In this document: positions 52,565 through 64,000 of the stretch, one piece after another | Numbering within the stretch: position 1 is the first letter of the stretch | Layout: every line of letters starts with the position of its first letter | DNA from: the human T2T-CHM13v2.0 reference genome, Homo sapiens | Assembly: GCF_009914755.1 (NCBI RefSeq) | Contig: NC_060938.1 | Direction: 5' to 3' (one strand) | DNA length: 64,000 bases | The notes under the pieces: model-generated | The model's database searches: none | What the model was told of the DNA's origin: nothing | What the model saw: the letters and a program-made list of their open reading frames with translations, nothing else | Made by a program: the position numbers and the translations under genes

Positions 52565-55500
52565 AATGCTTAATAAAAGTTGGCTATTACTATTATTAAT
52601 AATATTACTATCATTATTGGAGTCTCATTTAAACTCCTATTGATTCTATGCTGTTTTCTTGTTTTTATTTCACCAATTCATAATACATTCAACTCTTATT
52701 ATAAATAGGTAAAATGCCACTTGCCCATTGTCCAGACTATCAAATGCTTCTACATGACAAAAACTTTAACAAAGGCCTGGAAATAACCTACAGTATTTAT
52801 ATGGACATAAGAATAGTGAAGTGTGTGAGCATATGCTACCCTGAATATTTAAAAGACATTGTTCCTTAGAAAAGATTCTCTCTGATGTGTTAACATAATA
52901 AAATGCCAACCAAAGTAGTGAAGTAATAGCTACCTTAGAGAATCAAAGTAAAGAACAGAATCCAAAATTTCCCCATTTTTTAAAAAGTTTTTTTTCAAAT
53001 GTGATTCACTTGACAGCCCTACTTTGATTTCTAGTTTTGCAACATTCTGAGGGCTTTTTTTCTTCCAACATCAGAATATTTTCACAGCTACCTCAAAGGC
53101 CTCTAATTTTAGTAGTTTAAATTTACAGAACAACTGCTGCTTTTTGGTAAAGCTTAAAGGAACTTTCCATTTAAATTCATTCTATTAGCTGTGCAGCGAT
53201 ATATGCTGTCTGGTTTTATTAAGTTCGGATATTTAGGGATACCAGCATCATTATCATAAAATGTTTTGAGATTTTTAAAACCTATCAAATATTCATTAAT
53301 TTGGTGATTAGCCTTTCATATACATCATATATATTGATTAATTGAATTTAGCCTTAGTGACTTGATAAAAGATACTCTGATTCAATTGTAAACAATTTAC
53401 TTTTTTTCTTGTTCAAAACATAATCTCTTTAGTCACAGGCTCATTTTTAGAAGTTATGAGCTGTATGTGTTGTAAAAATTAAATTCTGAATTCAGAAAGC
53501 TCAGGAACAAAACAGAATTTGATGGTAAACAGTGTAACAATGATGACTTCCAAACAGTTAATAGGTTTGTACTTTCCAACACCCATTTCTTGATGTATCC
53601 CCAGCTCTTTCTTGTCAAGTGGTGGTGTCAACAGACTCAGTCAGGAATAAACCAAACCTGTTCTTCCCTGGTCTGGATGACTTTTGGGTCATTGGTTTTC
53701 AAGATTCTAATTTTGTGACAATGGCTTATAGTATTGGCTAGGTTATCTGTTGAATTGACTCATGTTTAGAAATTTCTAAGTGTTTTTTGCATTTCAGATT
53801 TAAAAACAACATGCCAAAACAAGATTTGTTTAAGACAAGTGAAATGATGGCACAGCTAAAAATATACAATTTTAAGGGAGATTATATATGTATGTTTGTG
53901 TGTGCCCACATGTATGCCCATGTGTAGATATACATACTTATATATATAATAATATATAATGTAAGTAATTTATACACACATATCACTTAAATCTATTTTA
54001 ATATATATTCTTTATATTACTAAATATATATTGAATATTTGTATTTGATTTAGGACAGGTTTCTGAGAAAACAGATTCAGAGATGTGTGCGCAGAAATGG
54101 TTCTGGGAAGTATCTTACAGATCAACACATATGAGAGAGTGAAAGAAGTAGGACTGATCAAGGGGAGGGTTGAACTACAAAAGGTCTCAGTAGCTTTGCA
54201 GAACTCTCTGAGCTGTGATATCCCCTCAAAGCTGCCCTGCCCTGAGGCAAAGGGGCTAAGCCTTTATACACCGACCACCTCCCCTATCAACAGGTCATTC
54301 AATTTGTGCTACTCCTCGCTAGGAGACATAACCTTGGGAGGGCCTGCTCTGTTTGGCTTATTTCTAGAGAGAGCAATTTTACCTGATAGCAATCATCTGT
54401 TAATACTCTCAGCAGCGGGAGGAATGAGTGCTTCAGTTCTGGGGAAGGGATCTAACTGGTGCACTGCAGTATCCAGTCAGATCTACTTGCTAGGTGTGAT
54501 AAATCTATCTGTGAAAAGCTATTCCAAGACTCTGGTTAGTCTCTTTCTGGGAAAACTTTCAAAAGGAACTATAGTAGGACTATATCCATCATCTCCTTCT
54601 ACTATTGCCATTCTAGATTCCTCTCACCCTGCGCTAGTACATTTTTTGGTATAGGTAGCTTACCTAGTTGCATTACTAGAATTTTGTCAGATTTGAGCCC
54701 TTGATCATAATATCTTCTCAAACCAAGGCTGATGTACTTGTCTGTTTATGACCAAAATTGAACAAGAGAATACCGAGAAATGACTCACTGCATTAACTGG
54801 GTATCAAACATACTGTTTCCTGCCTCACTATGTAACAACAGTCCTACCAACAGCCTCATATAGGCTGGTCACTCCCACCAGGATAGTGACTCCTCTTGTC
54901 TGCTGCTTCCTGACACAGAAGCCTAAAGTTACTGAGTTGATGCTATGGCTTAAAGATTAATGGGACTCTTGCTATGTCACTTAATAGAAGCTTTTTCCCT
55001 TTCTGGGAACTGGGACCTCTAAACTGGCAGAGCCCAGAGTTGCGGGAAGGAAAGCAATCCTCCAGTAGGTCACTGGATGTGATGATAGTGAGGTCACTTC
55101 TTGGTTCTTGGACCTGGTATTCTATAAGGAGAAAAAGCAGCATATAATAATGGTCATTGATTTAGAATTTAACTGCATCATGGAGGGTAGCACCCACTCC
55201 TTACTGAATATTTTCTCTGTAAGACTCAATTGCCCTCTCTAAAAGGCCATTCTATCGCTCTATTAAGTTGGCATTTTTAGTTGATGTAGTACGTATGACC
55301 AGATAATCCATGGCAATGTGCCCACTCCAGAATACTGATATCCAGGTCAATCTGGATCCTGTGTATGACATTTCTCAAAGTATCTCAGGAGTCCATTCTC
55401 CCTAGTGTATGATTATTCAAGTAAATGGATGTAGGTTTTTTATAGAAAGAAATGAGAGAATAATTACCACATACATTTGCTATGGTGTTTCGGGGTTCTT

Positions 55501-55671
55501 TCTGGTGATTCAGTTGAAGTTTTCAGTCAACGAGCTCAAAATCTGAAAATTGCCTCAGGTACAGAAATTGGACAAGGATCGTGGCTTTTCATTAGACAGC
55601 CATATGCAGACTCTTACTCACCCATTTTTAATTTGTGTAGATTGTGCAATAGTTTCTTGGCTGTCCACTTA

Positions 55672-56124
<453 letters not shown>

Positions 56125-57410
56125 CTAGCCTCCATTATTTTGAAAACCTGTCATCCCCGCTGTTACGAGAGAGGCCAATTCTATAATAGCATCTACTGCT
56201 ATCAACATTTGCCTACAGAGGACAGTCCAGTCACCACTGAGCTTCTTAATGATGCTTGTGTCTCAGCCATCAGCACATTCTTACTGCTTTAGTCAAGGAG
56301 GTATTCTCCAAGCCTTTACAAAGAAAAAGTGAGCTGATGATATTTCTGGAACTTATATGACATATTCACTTTAGCATTCCCACTTCTCTGAGTCATTTGG
56401 TCCTTTTTTCATTGTCTGCACAGCAGTTTGGGCATTTATACTTTATTTAGTGGAGACCATTGCTTTCCCCAAGCTTCCAAGAGCCATCCTAGCAGTGTAT
56501 AACACTATTTCCTGCTGTCCTTGTCTAAGTGTTAAATCTTGTATCATGGTGGAATGTTCCCATATCAATAATCTGTGTCACTATCCTCACTTGATCCTAT
56601 TTTCCATCCTCAATTTTATTCAATCTCTTATTCTCCATCCCATCTCATCCAGCAGCCTCAGCATCTAGCTCCATACATACTTCCCTAACTCCTGGCTGAG
56701 GTCTATAGCTAATTTAAAGCATAATCTTTTTCCTGTCTTAGAAGCCCAACAATTCCAGAGCCAAGTAATGTCATCTATTGACCCTATATGGATCTGGTGG
56801 CCAGAATGGAAGTGGGGTTCTATCCCGAGAAGGGTGTGAGTTACCTCCAAGGGAAGAGGTTTCTGTATCATCTTCAAGCAAGATGGAAATGACTGCCTCT
56901 AATTAGGAGGAATAGGCAACTTCCATAGGTCCAGATGGTTTAGGATAATTTGAGACTTCAAGGTTGTGGAGTCCATAAACTCAGATGTAACCTCCCGTAA
57001 GATTCCCCTTGTTCCCAACCAGGGTTCAGACTCTGGCATAGCTGAGGATGCAGGCCTCTTGAAATTCTGTTATACTTTTAAATAAGTCCTAAGCCTTATT
57101 ATCTGCTTTTATGACCTTTGACTGCAGAAGATAAGAATCTCTTTGTATTTTGCCAAAGAGGTCTTATGCTCACATACCACGGTCAAGTGATGATTAATTA
57201 CACTCAGCCTTTCATTTTTTTTCTCCACTGCGTAAAAGGAACCCAGCAGAACCTGATTCCATTGTCCTTATAATTATTACTTTCCTCTGAATTCCTCAGA
57301 AGCCTGAAATATTGAACTCACAGGGCATTACCTTTCCTCAATACCTATCCTTATCACAGGTGAAGATTTTAACAACTTCCCACTATAGCAATCAAGAGCT
57401 ATAAGTGGTT

Positions 57411-57749
<339 letters not shown>

Positions 57750-59389
57750 TCACTGCAGCCAGCTAGTTGGCTGCTGAGTGATCCACCTCTAAAATTCCAT
57801 TTTAAAGTTATCTTCCTCAGATCACCTAGAATGGGTTCTTTGGAAATCTGATTCTTTGACGAAGACATGCATTTCGGAAGTTTGTTGGAGAGTGCCCTCA
57901 GAATCAACTCATGTAGTAGTGTTTTAAAAAAAGAGGGATTAGGCAGTGGAATGAGTTCAACTGTGCTGCATTACTTCCAAATAGGTCAGATGGAGCTGTT
58001 CAGTTGAGAAGGCCTTTCAGAGTGGCCCTGCAGAGTTTTCCTACAAAGGAGATTGATGCTTCACTGCATTAGCATTTCCCACAGTGAGGTGGCTCTTGCC
58101 AGCTGAGGACAATTCCATTAGAAGGGCTGACTGGAGAGCCAACATCTTCCAACGCTTCCAGGAAGAAAAAGCACCTGCTACAGAGTTTTATGATAAGGAC
58201 TTGAAGTTACTATTCATAATTTTCTCTAGCTTTTAAATGTAGTTCAGGGAGCATAAAATATGTCTCTATGTTTATTCAACAGTCAATTTTCATACTTTAT
58301 GACCCTGATAATATTACCTAACCACACTGAACTCTCTTCTGTTATTGTTATTTTATTTATATTTATCTCTTTAAAATAAATTTAATTTTATAAGCTAAAT
58401 GTGTGAAATTCAAATATCTAGATATTAAATAATTACAAAATATTATTTTAAAAGTGTATGATTTTTATTATTAAACTGGGGCCAAAATTCTTCACATATA
58501 TACAGTAATGTAAATAATTATCTTATTTGATATGTATTTATTTTAAATATATTTCAATAACAATATGGTTTCCTATAAAATATATTTCTATGTGTATAGG
58601 ACTCATACCTTATATTTATATTCTTAAAAACCAATATAATAGGCACACTCAATAATCTAATAAATTAATATAAAGGAAGATTAATCTGTCATGAATATAG
58701 TCAATGTCAGTTTTCAGCAAGGAAATTGATATGTATCATAATAATTAAGAAAAATGTGTTTTTTCATTTAAATGCAGTAGCTACCCCTTTATAACTAAAC
58801 TAATTTTCTTGAAACTTTTTTTGGCTGATCAAATGTGCCAAACACTAGTAGATTAAAGTCAGTTTAAGAAAATTAATGTAATATATGCTGTTTTCCTCAA
58901 CTCTAGAAATAACTGTCTCCCAATTGTCTCCCAAAAGAATTTGTGGTATGAAAAATTTGACATAGGTTTTGATGTAATGGTAAGAGAAATGTTCCAAGAC
59001 AATCTGAACTTTTCCATGGTTTTTCTTTGTATACCTATAAGAATTATCTACTTGCCCAGTTTTACTTTGCAATATTTTTTTGAGTTTCTATTAATCTCAA
59101 CATGTAGGTGTTCAGGACATGGTGTACAAATAATCAACTAATGAATGCTATGCCTAATATTTATTGAATACCTATTTTGGGCCAGGATGTTTGGAAGAAA
59201 CTTTACATATGCCAACTAATTTCATTTTTATAGAAACCTCGTCTCTTTTAATGTCCTGGGAGTCAAGTTTCAGAGAAATGAAGTAATTTGCCAGTATATA
59301 TGTAACACGATGAGTATTATCAAATATATCTTAATCTAAAATGTTTATGTTCATTATCTTCATGCATATTTTACATGTCTACAATATGG

Positions 59390-60820
59390 TAAGCATTATG
59401 TAAATAACTCAGTTTACAAGTAGCCTACAGTTCATGAGTCAAAAAAAGGCAAATAAATGAATAAGATGAAAAAAAAACACAACACAATTAACTAAATGAT
59501 CCTATAGAGATGTAAGCCAAATACAGACAACTATTTCTTTCTGGAAAGAACAGTAAAGGCTACCTGAAAAGATGATGCCTGAAATAAATCCTAAATTATG
59601 AAGAGAGTATGCCAGATAATATATTAAATTAAATAATTACAAAATGTTATTTTAAGTGCATATGACTTTTATTATTCAACAGGGGCCAAAATTCTTCACA
59701 AGTATAGAGTAATGTATACATGTGAAGAGTAGGAAGTAGCACACATAAAGCTCTGAGATATCAGAGCCAATATCAGATATCCAGCAAAGCTAGAAAAGAC
59801 TTCTGGGTATTGAGGAATAGTAATTTGGTATGATGTTTGAGAAACAAAAATGGACCAAATCATTAGTAGCACCATCTATGCTAAAGAAAATCCATTCCAT
59901 TACTTTTTTAGCCAGGCTTTCGCTTTAGAAAGATCATCCTAGCTCCTTCTGGAGAAGAGATTTGGGGGTGGCAAAAAGAGTGGTAAGGAGATCAGTAAGA
60001 AGGTTGTGGTAACAACTGAGATGAACAATGACAGGGGCTTTGAAATAAGGGTGACAATGGGCATGGAGAGGAGGCTTAACTGAACTGAACTAGGTGAGTG
60101 ATTAGAAACCGGGCTGGGCAAAAGGTGGGAGTTAAAAAAGGTCTCTAAGGACCTGGATTTGGCAGTTGGGTAGACAGTGCACTAACTGAAACATGAAACG
60201 TAAAGAGAGAACTTCACCTGGCTGTGGGTGGAGTGGGATGGGAGTTGTAAAAGGTAAGAAAGTTGAGTTCTGTTTGGTTGACGCAGCTCCTCCAGTTGCA
60301 ATGTACACGACCTAGAGCCAAAATAAGTCTGGGCTACAGATATGGATTTGGGAGTCATCAGTATGCTGTGGAGGGGAATGGACCACTCAAGGAATATGCA
60401 GAATGGAAAAAGGGAAGGACCAGTGAGAGAGGCCTGGGCAGCACTAAGTACAGGCAAAAAAAGAAAAGAAAAGAAATAAAAAAAAAAAAAAAACAGTTGG
60501 GCGGGAGGGCTTTGTAAAAGACTAAGGAAAAAGTGATAAAGAAGAAGAGAGGTAGAGTCAAAACAAATCAATAGTAAATAAAATAGCACTTCCACAGCCA
60601 TGGAGAGGTTGGAGAGCAGAATAAGTGGTGAAAAGACAACAGAACTGGAAAGTGACTTTAAATTTGGCAAGTAATAGATCACTGGGGACCTTTGCCAGAG
60701 TTGTGTCAGTGGAGTGATGGGTCTAGCATTTTCCTGTACTTTACAGAGTGAAAGTCAAGTAAAAACATGGAGAGATTAATGGGTATAATCCTTTCAAGAA
60801 ACTTGGCTCTAACAAAAACA
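59390..60820 (-). mobile_element. L2 LINE remnants
   Basis: tttagaaagatcatcctagct..., gatatggatttgggagtcatcag and gatcactggggacctttgccagag...gtggagtgatgg are typical reverse L2 motifs. Boundaries are approximate. Confidence 0.7.
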
Positions 60821-61050
60821 TAAAAAATAAAAAAAGTAGTTAGGGGAGTAGAGGACAACATGTGATCAAGAGAGTCTTGTTTTGTTTTGTTCCTGTTTTG
60901 TTTTTCATTAAGCAGAGAGAGTTTGTTTTTCCTTAAGCTGAGTGCATTTAAATTCCTAGGATAAAATAAAACATAAGGAGCATTAGGAAAATGCCCAATG
61001 TTTGAAATAGCTATTTTTTAGTAAATAATTATTATTTTAGTGTTATACTT

Positions 61051-62607
61051 TGATGGCAGCAGTGGCCCCATTTGGAGTGGCTGCTGCAAAGACGACGACC
61101 GCAGTGGGGGAGATGCAGCTAAGGCTGTGCACTCCATGGAAACTGCGGGAGCCGGGAACAGGCAGGATTCCTGCCCCCTTCCAAGTTGGTGGGGTGGGAG
61201 CCCTGTGATCCCAGGCACAGCTGCAGCCACCCAGCCGCAGCAGTGGACCCGGACATCCCTGTGCTCTTGGCCTGTGAAGCCCCCCTGCCCCTGCATGCTT
61301 GGAAGTGCCTGCTCCCACTGCCTGGCCTCTCCCGGCTCCCAGCACTGGCTCCAATTTTGGAGCAAAGTTGTGGTCCAGCCCAAGCGCTGTCAAGACCAGG
61401 CCTGGTGTGTATGATGCTAGGGTCGGTACTGACACACCAGCCTCTTACTACCTCACCCACCTCCGGACTTTAGGTAGTGACAAGTACAGCAGAGAGGCCA
61501 AGATGGGGCTGAGGGCCACTCGGCACCGGCCTGCAGGCACTCCCTAGCATGAACAGCCAGGGCGCCATGAAGAGGCAGATAGGCGGCTGGGCGGAAAGGG
61601 GCAGGACCCCTGTGAAATCCCACCTTCAAACCATGGACTCTGTAGCATGGGGCCTAGGCTGCCAGTTCCCCCTACCAAAGTGAGAACTTATGGTGCTTTT
61701 TCCAGGGTTGCCCATGGCTGCCCATGGACCAATCAGCAAGCACTTCCTCCCCTCGGAAGCCGATTAAAATCCCAGACTCAGCCAGACTGGGACAGACAAC
61801 AGGATAACCTCCCTAGGGAAAAGAGCTACACACTGTGGGTCTCCTCTCCACTGAGAGCTGTACACTCATCATGACAACCTGAGGGCCGTACAGATGCTGC
61901 GATGACCTGCCTGCGAAAGGAGGTACCCACTTCAGGTCTCCTGAGACCTGTGCTATTGCTCAATAAAGCTCCTCTTCGCCTTGCTCACGCCTGTAGTTGT
62001 CCTTGTACCTCATGCTCACTGGATGCGGGACAAGAACTCGGGACCTTCTGAATGGCAGGATTGAAAGAGCTATAACACAAACAGGACTGAAACATGCCTC
62101 CCTGCTTGCCACATTGCGGATGATGAGAAGAAGAGAAGACAGAAACAGAGAAGAGCCATGGTCCTTCGGGAAACCCAGACCTAGCAGCTCCCCAAGCCAG
62201 AGCTGTGACACTCTCTTCGGAGCTCTGCAGTTCCTCGCGTCTCCAAGATTCTGGGTACCACCATGTTCCCCAGTGTCTGCAGTGAAAGCCGCTTGCAGTA
62301 CGCCTGCTCCAGCTGCGGCCTAGCAGGGAGCCAACGCCCATGCCGGGAGTTGCCCACCCCGCTACAGCTGGCATGTCTGGCTGTACACAGTGGCCAGACC
62401 CTGTGGTTGCTCAAACAGCCCTCACCGTTCCATGGCTGGCTCACCCTTGACAGGTGTGAGATCCAGGCCAGTAGCGCAAGCTGAGCACAGCCTAACAGGC
62501 CGAGAGGGCAAAACAAACCCAGTGAAACTGAGCAAAACTTGGGCAAAGGTGCCACTGGCCACAGAGGTTTCTGGCTGGCAAAGCGACACCCCAAGGGTCT
62601 TGCGACA
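61051..62607 (+). mobile_element. MER52-type ERV1 solo LTR (about 1.56 kb, GC-rich)
   Basis: Runs from TGATGGCAGCAGTGGCCC to GAGGTTTCTGGCTGGCAAAGCGACACCCCAAGGGTCTTGCGACA (TG...CA). CCAAT at about 61729, AATAAA at 61962-61967. Confidence 0.8.
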
Positions 62608-62632
62608 TTTTTTATATGAATTTTTTTACAAT

Positions 62633-62956
62633 TCTTTTCTTTTCTTCTTCTTCTTTTTTTTTTTTTTTTTTTTTTTTTTTGAGACAGAGTCTCTGTCACC
62701 CAGGCTGGAGAGCAGTGGCGCGATCTCGGCTCACTGCAACCTCCGCCTCCCAGGTTAAGCGATTCTCATGCCTCAGCCGCCGGCGTAGCTGGGATTACAG
62801 GTGTGTGCCACTACCCCGGCTAATTTTTGTATTTTTAGTAGAGGCGGGGTTTCACCATGCTGGGCCAAGCTGGTCACAAACACCTAACCTCAAGTGATCT
62901 GCCCACCTTAGCCTCCCAAAGTGTGGAATTATAGGCATAAGCCATCACACCTGGCC
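62633..62956 (-). mobile_element. Alu (AluS)
   Basis: Long T/CTT tail followed by a reverse dimer ending ctggcc. Confidence 0.93.
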
Positions 62957-64000
62957 AAGATTTATTTTATCAGTTGTGTGTCCCTATTTTTCAGAAGGTT
63001 TTCATTTAAGCTTCTAGGATTCTAGGCTAGAAAACTTAAAATTATTTTTGACCCTTCCTTATATTTACATCAAGGCATACGCTTTCTTAACCTCAAAAAC
63101 TCCGAAGTTAGTTATTATACACTAAATAGCTTCGTTTGAGTTCAGTTCACTAAATTATGGAAGCATTTGTTTAGTCCACTCTCCACTACCACTCGAGTTT
63201 CTCTAGTGACATAAACCAGCTAACTCACCTCCCAACATGCACTGGTGCAATTAATCCATAGGCTTATGATTAATCAGTTATTAACTGCGACTGAAGTCAC
63301 AGGATGTAGTCACAAGTTAAAAAAATCAATTAATCTAAAAAATATTCACAGCAGAAGCATGTTTTCCACAGGAGTTTATTCCACCATTTGGTCCAATTTT
63401 TCTGTCTTTAATCTTTGAATTAAACCAAATTAATCTGAAAACCCAGATGGAAAGACACACTAAAAACTATATTGGATGTCATCTTTTTCTCTGGAAAGTT
63501 CCAGAAATCTTAAAAATCCTATACAGAAGATATATAAATGTGGTTCCTTAAGGAAAATAATTGCTCAATATACTTGGAGGCACTAAAGCTAGAGAAGCAT
63601 ATTATTTTTTCACTTTATGAACAAGAATTTATATTACTAATACAACTATATATGAATGCACTATATGAGTGATAGCTCATAACAATAGATAACGCTAATT
63701 ATATGCATATGTCTGTCAATGACCACAACCTGACTGAAATGGTTACTGTGAAGCTATACAAAAGAGAAATTAAATCATTGTTAGACATCAATAATTAAGA
63801 ACAAAGCATCAATATAAATGATTTGTAATTCTGCAGATATCAATTCAAAAGCACTGTTTTCTTTGATAAATCGATGGGAAATTTTGTTCAAATATTGATG
63901 ACAGGAAATGTTTCATATCTTTCCTACATAGCAATTTTTGAATAACGGGTAATCTTATTTGATCATTCATAATAAAAGACAAAATGAATACTTACAGCCA

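Noticed and set aside
54085-54654. 189-aa ORF
   Set aside because: It has a non-ATG start, lies antisense across an old LTR and has no recognisable protein features.
61018-62897. Cluster of overlapping 80-170-aa ORFs
   Set aside because: A consequence of the GC-rich LTR and Alu. There are no domain features and the ORFs occur on both strands.
63985-64000. Minus-strand donor-like TGGCT|GTAAGTA at the window edge as the preceding MDGA2 exon
   Set aside because: Only 5 nt of putative exon are visible and they do not fit the ...RVDVY ending I expect before YLDDP. GTAAGT occurs often by chance.

Overview
This is AT-rich hominoid (most likely human) genomic DNA lying entirely inside the neuronal GPI-anchored Ig/MAM gene MDGA2, transcribed on the minus strand. 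Three internal coding exons are visible: 51032-50836, 38612-38480 and 3922-3653. They have canonical AG/GT boundaries and compatible phases, and encode Ig domains 2 and 3. The rest is intron rich in transposable elements: a 4.6-kb two-LTR HERV-H/LTR7 provirus antisense to MDGA2, a twin-primed inverted L1PA, a young 5'-truncated L1PA2/3, older L1M copies, about 11 Alus, a MER52-type solo LTR, an ancient LTR16/ERVL provirus, MaLR LTRs, L2/MIR and DNA-transposon relics, and microsatellites. Most ORFs in the supplied track are by-products of repeats. I cannot support a new coding system here. The best leads are a possible LTR7up-like, HERV-H-driven spliced antisense transcript, a 45-bp L1-derived hairpin, a perfect 28-bp TAATTA-rich palindrome, an 89-bp templated local duplication, and possible stop-free circular RNAs from the MDGA2 exons. 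Repeat subfamily names come from recognition by eye and need RepeatMasker/Dfam confirmation.
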